This document shows, piece after piece, positions 1-9,597 of a stretch of DNA of 64,000 bases; positions within the stretch are counted from its first letter, which is position 1; every line of letters begins with the position of its first letter. The stretch is from Chloroflexota bacterium. GTDB lineage: Bacteria > Chloroflexota > Dehalococcoidia > UBA2979. A model generated the notes under the pieces. That model ran no database searches, was not told the DNA's origin, and saw only the letters and a list, made by a program, of their open reading frames with translations. Position numbers and translations under genes: made by a program. The stretch spans positions 50,327 to 114,326 of the forward strand of contig BTUI01000007.1 of NCBI GenBank assembly GCA_045863195.1, given 5' to 3'.

Positions 1-3000
1 ACGTCCCCAACGCCGGCGGCGTCCGTGGTCGTTTGCAACGTGGCGACGAGGGTGTCGCGCGGCTCGGAGCGGTAGCGCCGCGCGCCGCTCTCCGTCTGCT
101 CCTTCACGGTGATCCACTCGCGCTCGTAGACCTCCACCGTGGCCGGACGGCGGCCCACCGGCTCGCCCTCCGTGCTCACGGTCACGAGGTCGAGCGTGAG
201 CGGCTCCCCCGTGCGGGCGACGTAGGCGCTCGCATCGAGGCCCACGTACACCTCGGCGGGGTGCACCACGACCGACGCGGCGGAAGCGATCGCCTGCCCG
301 GTCTGGTCGAGCACCGTGACACTCAGATCGAACTGCGCGGTGCCCTCGTTCGCGCGAAGCGAGGCCGGGACGCGGATGCGGGCGATGCCCTCCGCGTCCG
401 TCACGGTCTCGCTACTCCCGCGCATCGGGTCGTCCGCGAAGGAGGTCGCGAAGAAGTCGAAGTCGTTGAACGAGTAGCGCTCGTACTCCGGGAAGAGGAC
501 GGACGTGGGGTAGCCGATCGCGGCCCACGAGGTCTTCGCGCCAGACAGCGCGCCTCCGAAGAAGAAGGACGCCGCCGCCTCCGCCTCGATCGTTTCGCCG
601 TCCACGTAGTGGCCGCGTTCCGGGGTCACCTCCACGCGGAACTCCGGCCGCCGGAACTCGGCGACCTGGAAGCCGGCGCTGGCGATCCACGACCACTGCA
701 TCTGCGATTCGACGATCGCGATCGAGTAGTAGCCCGTCGGGGCCACCTCGGGCAGGTCGAACGACTCCGCGAGCGTGCCGAAGGCGCTGAGGTTCACCGG
801 CCGGGAGACGATCTCCTCGCCGTTCGCGTTGTACACGACCAGGCGCAGGTCCACGCTGCCGTCCGGCACGCTGTAGCGCGCGTCGTCGTCCTGGCGGACC
901 ACGGCCTTGAAGTGCACGGTCTCGCCGGACCGGTAGATCGGCCGGTCGGTAAACAGGTACCCCACGTAGTCACGGTCGAAGTACTCGAACGGCACGCCGA
1001 TCTGCCAGAGGTCCATCCCCTGCGACCAGTCCGTGCGCGCCACACCCGTGCGGCTGCCCACCGTCTCCACGGTGTAGACGCGCCACGTGTCCACCATGTC
1101 GCGCGGGCGCGGCACCGAGACCGCGGCGAAGCCCTCGGCGTCCGTCCGCACGGTGGTCGCCGCCAGGCCGGTCCCGGCGACGCTGAGTTCGAGGTTCGCG
1201 ACCGGCTGGCCGCTGTCGTAATCGAGCGCCCAGACCAGCAGTTCGTCGTTCGACAGCTTCGTGGTGATCGCCGTGTCGACCACGGTGAACGCCAGCGCCG
1301 CCCCCCACGGAATGCCCGGCGTCCGCACGAGGTAGGCGCCCGGCGCAAGCGGCCCGCGTTCGCCGAGCGTGGTCACGCCCTGTACGACCGTGTCGCGCGC
1401 GCCGCTCACCGCCTCCGTCCAGCGGCGGAGCGGCTCGCCCGCCGGCTTCCACGTCTCGTTGCCCGTGCCGTTCGGCAGGCTGCCGCTCTCGAGGATCCTG
1501 CGCGCGTCCGCATCGGTCAGCGCGTACAACTCGAAGTCCACGGAGGAGAGGTTCGTCGCATAGAAATAGAGCAACTGGTCCACGCCGGCCGCGTACGTGC
1601 CGGCCTGGTTCGGCGCGGCGTACGAGGCGTACGGCTCCAGCGCGCCCGTGGTGAACGTGATCGTGAACGGATCGAGCGGGAGTCCCTCGCGGTCCACGAC
1701 CCCGGCGACGGTGCGCACGGTGTACGCCGTGGAGGGTGCGAACGGCACGTTCACCTGCACGGAGCGGTCATCCCAGGAGTACAACTCCCACTGGTCGGAC
1801 CGCACGCCGCTGATGCTGAGCGCGGCCTCCAGCGAGGCGAGGTCGATCGGGTTGTTGAACTCCAGGGTCAGGCCGTACCGCGCGGCGCTCGTCTCACCGT
1901 TCGAGGGGGACGAGGCGAGCAGCCTCGGCGGGTCGGAGGTGTTGAAGCGCACCACGCGCTCCTTCTCCGACTCCCCACGCGAGGCGCCCCGCAGCCCGGC
2001 GGGCAGCACGATCTCGTAGCCCGTGCTGAGCGCCAGCGGCGTCGCCGGCTGCAGCGTGAGCGTGGTGGAGGTGCCATCCCACGTGGCGGCCACCTCGATG
2101 GCGTCGCCACCGACGACGCGGAACACCACGGCCGCCTCCACGGAGGCGCGGTCCATCGGCTGGTTGAAGGTCAACACGACCGGCGCGCTGCGCCCGAAGA
2201 AGAGCGCGCCGTCCGCCGGCATCGACCGCGCGAGGGCGGGCGAGACGGTGGTGAACGACCACTCGTAGTCCGCCTCCAGCACGCCGTCCGTGACGGCGGT
2301 CAGGCCCGCCGGGATGCGCACCCGGTAGGTGGTGCTCGGCTGCAGGTCGGTCGGGACGAAGCGGTAGAGCGAGGTGTTGAGCCACTCGCCCGTCCCCTGC
2401 AGCGGCGGGTCGAAGGTCACGACCGGGTCGCTGCGCTGCGCCTCGAGCGTCGTCAGTGGCGCGACGGAGCGCGAGAACTGCACGTACACCTGCGACTCGA
2501 CCGGCACCATCCGGTCGTCCGGCGCGGGGATCACCCCCTGCACCACGAGGCGGCCCTCCACGGTGAACGCGTGGACGATGTCCTCGGTCAGTCCGGCACG
2601 CCCGCCATCGATGCGCACGGTGTACTGGGCGCCGCGCGCGAAGCCGGGGAACGCCGGCTGGAAGATCAGCGTGCGCTCGTCCAGCCAGGCGTACTCGCCG
2701 TCCACCGCCGGCTCCAGCGCGATCAGCCGGTCCGCCTCGTCGGAGCGCGGGGGCTCCTGGAACGTCACCACCACGGGGCCCAGGCGCGGCGCCTCGCCGC
2801 CAGCCGGGGCGATGTCGACCGCCTGCCCAGCCACGGGGCCGCCCGGCCGCCCGAGGGTGACCGCGGCCACGACGAGCAAAGCCAGCGCGCCGGCCGCGCC
2901 GCCCAGCGTGAGCCACTTCGGTTGCGCAGCGAGGCGCTCCCGCCACGAGCCACGTCCGGGCGGCGGCTCCGGCGTCAGGGCGGGGGTCTGCGGGTCGTCG

Positions 3001-3008
3001 TTCGTCAT
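1..3008 (-). CDS. bacterial alpha-2-macroglobulin family protein, N-terminal ~1000 aa (3' end lies beyond window start)
   Basis: Absent from the ORF track because the frame stays open to the window edge. My translation from ATG 3008-3006: MTNDDPQTPALTPEPPPGRGSWRERLAAQPKWLTLGGAAGALALLVVAAVTLG (membrane anchor). Repeated beta-rich MG-like modules follow (..AQYTVRIDGG.., ..TTYRVRIPAGLTAV.., ..TGYEIVLPAGLRG.., ..TAYTVRTVAGVVDREGLPL..). No stop seen in the ~560 codons translated by hand. G/C-ending codons. The start ATG overlaps the pbpC stop (ATGA). A2M-PbpC gene pairing is well known. Confidence 0.8.
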   Translation of the reverse strand, partial: MTNDDPQTPALTPEPPPGRGSWRERLAAQPKWLTLGGAAGALALLVVAAVTLGRPGGPVAGQAVDIAPAGGEAPRLGPVVVTFQEPPRSDEADRLIALEPAVDGEYAWLDERTLIFQPAFPGFARGAQYTVRIDGGRAGLTEDIVHAFTVEGRLVVQGVIPAPDDRMVPVESQVYVQFSRSVAPLTTLEAQRSDPVVTFDPPLQGTGEWLNTSLYRFVPTDLQPSTTYRVRIPAGLTAVTDGVLEADYEWSFTTVSPALARSMPADGALFFGRSAPVVLTFNQPMDRASVEAAVVFRVVGGDAIEVAATWDGTSTTLTLQPATPLALSTGYEIVLPAGLRGASRGESEKERVVRFNTSDPPRLLASSPSNGETSAARYGLTLEFNNPIDLASLEAALSISGVRSDQWELYSWDDRSVQVNVPFAPSTAYTVRTVAGVVDREGLPLDPFTITFTTGALEPYASYAAPNQAGTYAAGVDQLLYFYATNLSSVDFELYALTDADARRILESGSLPNGTGNETWKPAGEPLRRWTEAVSGARDTVVQGVTTLGERGPLAPGAYLVRTPGIPWGAALAFTVVDTAITTKLSNDELLVWALDYDSGQPVANLELSVAGTGLAATTVRTDAEGFAAVSVPRPRDMVDTWRVYTVETVGSRTGVARTDWSQGMDLWQIGVPFEYFDRDYVGYLFTDRPIYRSGETVHFKAVVRQDDDARYSVPDGSVDLRLVVYNANGEEIVSRPVNLSAFGTLAESFDLPEVAPTGYYSIAIVESQMQWSWIASAGFQVAEFRRPEFRVEVTPERGHYVDGETIEAEAAASFFFGGALSGAKTSWAAIGYPTSVLFPEYERYSFNDFDFFATSFADDPMRGSSETVTDAEGIARIRVPASLRANEGTAQFDLSVTVLDQTGQAIASAASVVVHPAEVYVGLDASAYVARTGEPLTLDLVTVSTEGEPVGRRPATVEVYEREWITVKEQTESGARRYRSEPRDTLVATLQTTTDAAGVGD

Positions 3009-5326
3009 GGCGTCACCACCTCATACTCCGCCGTCGCAGACACTTCGCGACCATCCGCGAGGAACGCGACGACCCGGACCTCATGCGTGCCGGGGCTCAG
3101 ACGCCACAGCACGGACGGCGCCGCGGACGCGGCGCTGCCGGCATGGACGCCGTCAACATAGAACTCGATCCGCTCCGCAGAGGACGGCGCGGCTGCGCGG
3201 AGCAGCAGGTCACCTCGCACGTCGCCGGTCTGGTACAGCACCGTGCCGGGCGCGGGATGCACCACGCGCACCCCGCCGGCCTTGCCCGGGCCGTCCCACA
3301 GCCGCCACCCCGCATCCACCGCCCACGCGCGCGCCTCCAGCGGTGGCGCGATCGCGAGCGAGCCGTCCGAGGCACGCCGGTAATACGCCTCGACGCCCGT
3401 GGGGACGGTGCCCGCGACGAACCACTCGTCGGTCACCGCCGGGCAGTCCGGGCCGGGCAGCAGCCCCGTGGGGGCGCACACCGTGGCGCGCACCAGGCCG
3501 GGCGGCGGGAGGGGACGCGCGCGCGACGTACCTTCCGCCGCCGCGAGCAGGACATCGCGCCAGATCGGCGCAGCGCCGGTGACCCCGGACACGTTCCGCA
3601 TCGGCGTCTGGTCAGCATTCCCGACCCACACGCCGACCACCCGTTCGGCGGTGAAGCCGACCGCCCAGTTGTCGCGGAACTCGCTGCTCGTCCCCGTCTT
3701 CACCGAGGCGCCGAACGGCGTGTCCAGCACGCTGCCGCGCCCGAACCCGGGGATGCGCGCATCCGCATCGGCGAGCATGTCGCCCACGAGGTACGCGACC
3801 TCCGGCGAGGTGACACGAGAGGGCGCGGCCGGGGTGCGCTCGTATAGAACACGCCCGGTGTGGTCGCGCACGCGCGCCACCACCCAGGGCGCCTGTCGCT
3901 CGCCGCCGTTCGCGAACGCCCCGTACGCGGACGTCAGGTCGAGCAGCGTCACGCTGCCTCCACCGAGCGTCAGCGCGAGCCCGTACGCCTCCGCCGCGTC
4001 GAGCGAGGAAAGCCCCGCGCGACGCGCGAGCTCGAGCAGTGCGTCGACGCCGATCGCGTCGAGCGTCCGCACGGCCGGCACGTTCAGCGACGAGGCGAGC
4101 GCGACGCGCATGCTCACCGGGCCACGGAAGCGCAGGTCGTAGTTCACCGGCGTGTACGGCCCGCCGTTCGTCGAGAACGTGGAGGGCACATCGAGCAGCG
4201 GCGAGGCGGGCGCGTAGCCGCGCTCCAGCGCAGCCGCGTACAGCAGCGGCTTCAGCGCGGATCCCGGCTGCCGCGGCTCCAGCGCCATGTTGATCTGCCC
4301 GGCCGTCGCGGCGTAGTCGGCGCTCCCGACCATCGCCAGCAGCCGACCGTCGCGCGGGTCAAGCACCACCACGGCAGCCGACCCAGCGCGCTGCTGGCGG
4401 AGGTCATCGAGGCGCCTCGACACGCTCGCCTCAGCGGCACGCTGCACGCCGGCGTCGAGCGTGGTCTCGATCACAAGGCCGCCCGCCTCGACGGTCGAGG
4501 CCGGAAGCACGCGCCGCAGTTCGTCGTACACCACGGCCGCGAGGTGCGGCGCCAGCACCGGTGAGGCGGGCGCGACGCGCAGGTCGACCGCCCGCGCGGC
4601 GTCCGCCTCAGCGACCGCCGCGGCCCCGGTGGCCGCCAGCCGGTCCAGCACGTAGCGCTGCCGGTCGCGCGCCGCGGCTGCGCCCTCGGGTGTGTCGTAT
4701 GCGGCGGGCGACCGCGGCAGGCCGGCCAGGAACGCCGCCTGCGCAAGATCGAGGTCGCTCGCCGGCACGCCGAAGTAGGCACGCGCCGCCGCCTCCACCC
4801 CGTAGGCGCCGCGGCCGTAGTAAACCTCGTTCAGGTACGCCTCCAGCACCTCGTCCTTCGAGGTGCGCGCCTCCAAGCGCAGCGCGAGCAGCGCTTCGCG
4901 CGGCTTGCGGAGGACCAGCGGGAGGTCGTGGTCGCGCAGATACGTCGCGCGCACGAGTTGCTGGGTGATCGTGGAGGCGCCGGAGGGGGCGCTCCGGACG
5001 CGCACCGCCGCGCGGGCAATCGCCAGCGGGTCGATCCCCGGGTGCGAGCGGAAGCGCTGGTCCTCCGCCGCGATGGTGGCCGCGATCATCGCCGGGGCCA
5101 CCCGGTCGAGGGTGACCGGGATGCGTGTCCCGGCGGCGGTGTCGCGCTCGATCACGCCGCCGGTGGCATCCAGGATCACGGTGCCCGGCACGGTGCGGTA
5201 CACCTCGAGCGGTTCGAGGGGTGTCGCGAAGAGGAACACGAGCAGGGCCAGCAGTGCGCCGGACGGCACGGCCATCCACTCGGCGAAGCCTCGCGGCCGC
5301 CACCATGCCCGACCAGCCGACCGCAT
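3005..5326 (-). CDS. pbpC: penicillin-binding protein 1C (bifunctional glycosyltransferase/transpeptidase)
   Basis: GT51 motifs (AAEDQRFRSHPGIDP, TITQQLVR, RKPREALLALRLE, SKDEVLEAYLNEVYYG). Transpeptidase motifs (PGSALKP, SLN, KTGT). The C-terminal segment (..IEFYVDGVHAGS..WRLSPGTHEVRVVAF..) resembles the PbpC-specific C-terminal domain. Start set at Met39 (5326), just before the TM helix; the track start at 5440 is an alternative. Confidence 0.88.
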   Translation of the reverse strand: MRSAGRAWWRPRGFAEWMAVPSGALLALLVFLFATPLEPLEVYRTVPGTVILDATGGVIERDTAAGTRIPVTLDRVAPAMIAATIAAEDQRFRSHPGIDPLAIARAAVRVRSAPSGASTITQQLVRATYLRDHDLPLVLRKPREALLALRLEARTSKDEVLEAYLNEVYYGRGAYGVEAAARAYFGVPASDLDLAQAAFLAGLPRSPAAYDTPEGAAAARDRQRYVLDRLAATGAAAVAEADAARAVDLRVAPASPVLAPHLAAVVYDELRRVLPASTVEAGGLVIETTLDAGVQRAAEASVSRRLDDLRQQRAGSAAVVVLDPRDGRLLAMVGSADYAATAGQINMALEPRQPGSALKPLLYAAALERGYAPASPLLDVPSTFSTNGGPYTPVNYDLRFRGPVSMRVALASSLNVPAVRTLDAIGVDALLELARRAGLSSLDAAEAYGLALTLGGGSVTLLDLTSAYGAFANGGERQAPWVVARVRDHTGRVLYERTPAAPSRVTSPEVAYLVGDMLADADARIPGFGRGSVLDTPFGASVKTGTSSEFRDNWAVGFTAERVVGVWVGNADQTPMRNVSGVTGAAPIWRDVLLAAAEGTSRARPLPPPGLVRATVCAPTGLLPGPDCPAVTDEWFVAGTVPTGVEAYYRRASDGSLAIAPPLEARAWAVDAGWRLWDGPGKAGGVRVVHPAPGTVLYQTGDVRGDLLLRAAAPSSAERIEFYVDGVHAGSAASAAPSVLWRLSPGTHEVRVVAFLADGREVSATAEYEVVTP

Positions 5327-5541
5327 CCGCGTCACGACGTCGCCCGCCAGCACACCCAGGCGCGAGAGTTCGCGCCTGCCTCTCAGACGCCGGGGCCGGC
5401 CGCACGGTTCCCGGGAATCCCCCGAGCATACGCCGCGCACCGTGACCTACTCCGCAACTGTGCGCGCGTGCACGAAGTTTACAAACGTAATCGACCTCGC
5501 GAGGATGGCACTGAACCGCTCGGAGTGCGCGGGGGTGAGAG

Positions 5542-7521
5542 ATGGAGCACGTCCAGCCAGTCAATGTGCGCAACGCCGGCCTGTTCGGCCACGCGAAGTC
5601 CGGAAAGACCACGCTGGCCGAGGCGCTCCTGCACGCCGCCGGCCTCACGAGCCGCATCGGCCGCGTGGAGGACCGCAACACGGTCTCCGACTACACCCCG
5701 GAGGAGCAGGAGCACGGCTACTCCATCAGCACCTCCCTCCTCGCCTTCGACTGGCGGGGACACCGCCTCAACCTTCTCGACACCCCCGGCTTTCCAGACT
5801 TCGAGGGCGAAGCCGTCTCCGCCGCCGCCGCGGTCGAGACCGGCGTCATCCTCGTCGACGCGGTCGCCGGCATTGAGGGCGGCGTGGAGGCGGCGTGGGA
5901 GCACCTGGACGCCGCCGGCGTGCCGGCGCGGTTCTTCGCGATTTCGCGCCTCGACCGCGAACACGCCGACTTCGACCGCGCCGTGTCCGCGATCCGCGCG
6001 CGCTTCGGCGAGCACGCCGTCGCCATCGCCCTGCCCGCCCACGGTGCGGACGGCCTCGGCGGCACCGTCGACCTCGTCGGCGTGGAACACGCGCACGACG
6101 ACGACCGCATCCACGATGCGCGCGACGCCCTCATCGAGGCGGTCGCCGAGTCGGACGATGCGCTGCTGGAGCGGTACCTGGACGGCCAGGAGATCGATGG
6201 CGAGTCGCTGCGCGCCGCCCTGGTCACCGCCGTGCGCGCCGGCGCGGTGATGCCCGTCCTCCCGCTCTGCGCCACGGCCGGCATCGGCGTGCGCGAGCTG
6301 GCCGATGCCCTCGTGGATCTCGCGCCGCCCCCGCCGGTCGCCACGGCGGAGGGTCCCGCGGTGGCGCGCGTGTTCAAGACGACCGCTGACCAGTACGTGG
6401 GGCACCTCTCGTTCGTGAAGCTCCTCGCCGGCCGCATCACGCACGGCGACCACCTCACGAACCCCTTGCGCCATGCGGAGGAGCGTGCGCCGCACCTGTT
6501 CGTCCTGCGCGGCAAGGAACAGATCGAGGTGCCTTCCCTCGGCGCCGGCGAGATCGGCGCGATCCCGCGCCTCTCGCACACCGGCACCGGCGATCTCCTC
6601 CTCGGCGCCGGCGCGGCGATGCCGGAGATCGCGCCGATCCGCTTCCCGGAGCCGACCTACCGCAGCGCCCTGACGCCACGCAGCCGTGACGACGTGGACC
6701 GCATGTCGCAGGGCCTCGCCCGGCTGCTGGAGCAGGACCGCACGCTGCGCGTGGAACGGGACACCGACACCGCCGAGACCGTGCTCGTGTCCCTCGGCGA
6801 TGTCCACGCCGGTATCGCCGTCGCCCGCCTCGCACGTGAGTCCGGCGTCACCGTCGATGTCACGGAGCCGCGCGTCCCGTATCGCGAGACGGTGACGGCC
6901 ACGGTGCAGGCGGAGCACCGCCACAAGAAGCAGACGGGGGGCCGCGGCCAGTACGGGCACGTGGTGATCCGCGTGGAGCCGCTGCCGCGCGGCGCCGGCT
7001 TCGAGTTCGCCGAAGAGGTCGTGGGCGGCGCGGTCCCGCGCCAGTTCATCCCCGCCGTGCACCACGGCATCGAGGAAGCCCTCGCCGCCGGCCCCCTCGC
7101 GAAGGCCCGCATCGTCGACCTGAGGGTGGTCCTCACGGACGGGTCGAGCCACCCGGTCGACTCCTCGGAGATGGCGTTCAAGACCGCGGCGGCCATGGCG
7201 CTCCACGAAGCCGTCCTCGCCGCGCACCCGGTGCTGCTGGAGCCGGTGGTGCGCCTGCGCGTGGAGGTGCCGTCCGAGCGCGTGGGCGACCTGACGGGCG
7301 AGATCTCCGGGCGACGCGGACACGTTCTGGGCGTCGATCCGGCCGGGTCGGACACCATCGTCAGCGCGCTCGCACCGCTCGCGGAGGTGCAGCGACTCGC
7401 CCCGCAGGTGCGCGCGATCGGCCACGGCCGCGGGCGGCTGTCGATGGCGTTCGACCACTACGCGGAGGTGCCCGGGAACGTGCAGCAGCAGATCGTCTCG
7501 ACGCTCGCGGCTGCCCACTAG
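5542..7521 (+). CDS. elongation factor G family GTPase (EF-G paralogue)
   Basis: 659 aa. G1 GHAKSGKTT and G3 DTPG are present. EF-G-like domains II-V (..VFKTTADQYVGHLSFVKLLAG.., ..HRHKKQTGGRGQYGHV.., ..GSSHPVDSSEMAFKTAA.., ..LLEPVVRLRVEVP..). G4 reads SRLD where EF-G has NKxD. Confidence 0.85.
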   Translation: MEHVQPVNVRNAGLFGHAKSGKTTLAEALLHAAGLTSRIGRVEDRNTVSDYTPEEQEHGYSISTSLLAFDWRGHRLNLLDTPGFPDFEGEAVSAAAAVETGVILVDAVAGIEGGVEAAWEHLDAAGVPARFFAISRLDREHADFDRAVSAIRARFGEHAVAIALPAHGADGLGGTVDLVGVEHAHDDDRIHDARDALIEAVAESDDALLERYLDGQEIDGESLRAALVTAVRAGAVMPVLPLCATAGIGVRELADALVDLAPPPPVATAEGPAVARVFKTTADQYVGHLSFVKLLAGRITHGDHLTNPLRHAEERAPHLFVLRGKEQIEVPSLGAGEIGAIPRLSHTGTGDLLLGAGAAMPEIAPIRFPEPTYRSALTPRSRDDVDRMSQGLARLLEQDRTLRVERDTDTAETVLVSLGDVHAGIAVARLARESGVTVDVTEPRVPYRETVTATVQAEHRHKKQTGGRGQYGHVVIRVEPLPRGAGFEFAEEVVGGAVPRQFIPAVHHGIEEALAAGPLAKARIVDLRVVLTDGSSHPVDSSEMAFKTAAAMALHEAVLAAHPVLLEPVVRLRVEVPSERVGDLTGEISGRRGHVLGVDPAGSDTIVSALAPLAEVQRLAPQVRAIGHGRGRLSMAFDHYAEVPGNVQQQIVSTLAAAH

Positions 7522-7604
7522 CCGGCCGGCAGCCGGTTCAGAGCGTCGCGACGCCTGCCGATACTCCGATCAGGGCACGCTCCGCGCCCGACGGAGGACG
7601 ACGT

Positions 7605-8441
7605 ATGACGCTGCCGCTCCCGCCCGAGCTCCCCATGCTCCCGGCGCCCAGGGCGCGCGCGCTCGTGCTCCTGATGAATCCTGACGCCCCGATCGAGGGC
7701 TACGTCGCGATCGTGGAGGGCGACCCGGGGCTCACCGTGAGCGTGCTCCGCGCGGCCAACTCGGTCGCCTCGTGGCCGCTCCATCCGGTACGCAGCGCGC
7801 ATGAGGCCGTCGTCCGCCTCGGCACGACGCAGATCCGCCAGATCGTCACGGCTGCCGTGCTGCGCTCCGAGTTCGACCGCGTGGACGCGGCCGGCATCGA
7901 CGCCGACGAGATGTGGCGGCACCTCCTCGGCTGCGCCGTCCTCTGCGAGGCGGGGACGCCTGCCGGGAGCCGCCCGGAGTCCGCGTTCCTCGCGGGGTTG
8001 CTCCACAACATCGGCCGCCTGGCGATGGCGGTGCAGGCGCCGAGCCGGTACCGCCAGGTGGTGGACGCGGTCCAGGAGGGCGGCGGACCCGTCCCCGCGG
8101 AACGAGCGCTCTTTGGCATCGATCACGCCGTGTTCGGCGCGCGCATCTGCCAGAAGTGGCAACTCCCGCCGGAGGTCATCGCCTCGGTGGAGGCGCATCA
8201 CGGCGCGCCCGTCCCGGAGCCGTCCCCGCTCACACCGATCCTCCGGGAAGCGCGGAGCATCGTCGCAGGGCTCGGGATCGGCGACGGCATTCACCGCCCG
8301 GACGCGCGCGATCCGCAGGTGGAGGCACACCCGCTGCTCCTCGAAGTGGGCGGGCGCGAGGGGCTGATGGGCGAGATCCGCTGGTTCCGGGAGGCCACCA
8401 CCGCGCGCACGGGCCTGCCCGCGCGGCGACGGGCCGGGTGA
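7605..8441 (+). CDS. HDOD domain-containing signalling protein
   Basis: GGAGGA SD 6 nt upstream of the ATG. HDOD-type sequence (..PMLPAPRARALVLLMNPDAPIEGYVAIVEGDPGLTVSVLRAANS.., GLLHNIGRLAM, FGIDHAVFGARICQKWQLP). Confidence 0.8.
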   Translation: MTLPLPPELPMLPAPRARALVLLMNPDAPIEGYVAIVEGDPGLTVSVLRAANSVASWPLHPVRSAHEAVVRLGTTQIRQIVTAAVLRSEFDRVDAAGIDADEMWRHLLGCAVLCEAGTPAGSRPESAFLAGLLHNIGRLAMAVQAPSRYRQVVDAVQEGGGPVPAERALFGIDHAVFGARICQKWQLPPEVIASVEAHHGAPVPEPSPLTPILREARSIVAGLGIGDGIHRPDARDPQVEAHPLLLEVGGREGLMGEIRWFREATTARTGLPARRRAG

Positions 8442-8519
8442 CCGTCCCTTAATCGCGGTCTAACCGGACGCAACCACACTCTGATCAGACGCACAGACGG
8501 ACTGACAGAGGAGTGAGGC

Positions 8520-9224
8520 TTGGCGGACGTCCTCGTCGTCGAAGACGACACCACCATTCGAGATGTCGTGGCCTACCAGCTGTCGAGGGCCGGCCACCGC
8601 GTCACCAGCGCCGCGGACGGCGTCTCCGCGCTGGAGCGGTTCCGCGCATCCCGTCCCGACCTCGTGATCCTTGACCTCATGCTTCCGCGCCTGGCCGGGC
8701 TGGACGTGCTGCGCGTGATGCGGGGCGAGGCGGGGACGCCGGTCATCGTGATCAGCGCACGCGACACGGAAGCGGACAAGGTCACCGGGCTGAACCTCGG
8801 TGCGGACGACTACGTCACGAAGCCGTTCTCGGTGCGCGAACTGATGGCGCGCGTGGACGCCACGCTGCGGCGCATTGCGCCGGCCACGCCGGGAGCCGCC
8901 AGCGGCACCGCCGGCGGCGGAGCGATCGAAGTGGACATCGACCGGCACGAGGTCAGGCGACACGGCGACCTCGTCGCGCTCGCGCCAAAGGAGTTCGAGC
9001 TCCTCGCCTACCTGGTGCGCCACCCGAACCAGGTCTGCTCGCGCGACCAGATCCTGGAGGCGGTCTGGGGCTACTCCTACGAGGGCGAGACGCGGACGGT
9101 AGACGTCCACATCCACTGGCTACGGCAGAAGCTGGAGGATGACCCGGCGCGGCCCCGGCACCTGGTCACCGTGCGGCACTATGGCTACAAGTTCGTGCCC
9201 GACGGGACGCCCGCCGCGCGCTAG
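8520..9224 (+). CDS. OmpR/PhoB-family response regulator
   Basis: TTG start with GAGGAG SD 6 nt upstream. Receiver domain (VLVVEDD.., [10 protein letters not shown]). Winged-helix output domain ([53 protein letters not shown]). No histidine kinase gene is adjacent. Confidence 0.92.
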   Translation: MADVLVVEDDTTIRDVVAYQLSRAGHRVTSAADGVSALERFRASRPDLVILDLMLPRLAGLDVLRVMRGEAGTPVIVISARDTEADKVTGLNLGADDYVTKPFSVRELMARVDATLRRIAPATPGAASGTAGGGAIEVDIDRHEVRRHGDLVALAPKEFELLAYLVRHPNQVCSRDQILEAVWGYSYEGETRTVDVHIHWLRQKLEDDPARPRHLVTVRHYGYKFVPDGTPAAR

Positions 9225-9547
9225 CCCCCGGCGCGGGTGCCGGACAGCGTGCCGCGGCCGAAGACGCCGAACCCGATTTCGCCCGTAATCGCGTCCCCGC
9301 GCACCTCTGCAGAGAAGGTCAGCGGCAGTTCGCCGCCGGGCGTCACCAGGGGTGCAGCCCACTGCAGGATCTCCGCGCCGTCGCGGGACTCCACCGTCCC
9401 ACCCTCGAACTCCTGGGAGGCCAGCGGGCCGACCCAGGTCCCCGCCAGGGCAGTGCCAGACGTCCTGAAAGTAAATGTGCCGTCGCGCGGCCCAATCGGT
9501 GTGCTCAACGTGACATTCCACGTACCATCGGCGAGCACTGGCGGCAC
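9221..9547 (-). CDS. hypothetical protein (108 aa, Gly/Thr-rich, probably beta-rich)
   Basis: GTG start with an AGGA-type SD. Protein-like composition (..[47 protein letters not shown]..). G/C-ending codons. Its stop overlaps the response-regulator stop (CTAG). No family recognised. Confidence 0.55.
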   Translation of the reverse strand: MPPVLADGTWNVTLSTPIGPRDGTFTFRTSGTALAGTWVGPLASQEFEGGTVESRDGAEILQWAAPLVTPGGELPLTFSAEVRGDAITGEIGFGVFGRGTLSGTRAGG

Positions 9548-9597
9548 CCCTCTTCCTCGCCGCCATCATAGGCGTCGATTCGGACGGATGGACGGCC

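Noticed and set aside
33-3161. 1042-aa ORF on the plus strand, the longest ORF at the left end of the track
   Set aside because: It is extremely Arg/Gly/His/Ala/Val-rich with no motifs. It lies exactly antisense to a frame that translates into a convincing alpha-2-macroglobulin N-terminus coupled to pbpC. It is a typical high-GC shadow ORF.
5479-7518. 679-aa minus-strand ORF opposite the EF-G-family gene
   Set aside because: It is an Arg/Gly/His-rich antisense shadow. The plus-strand frame carries clear GTPase motifs.
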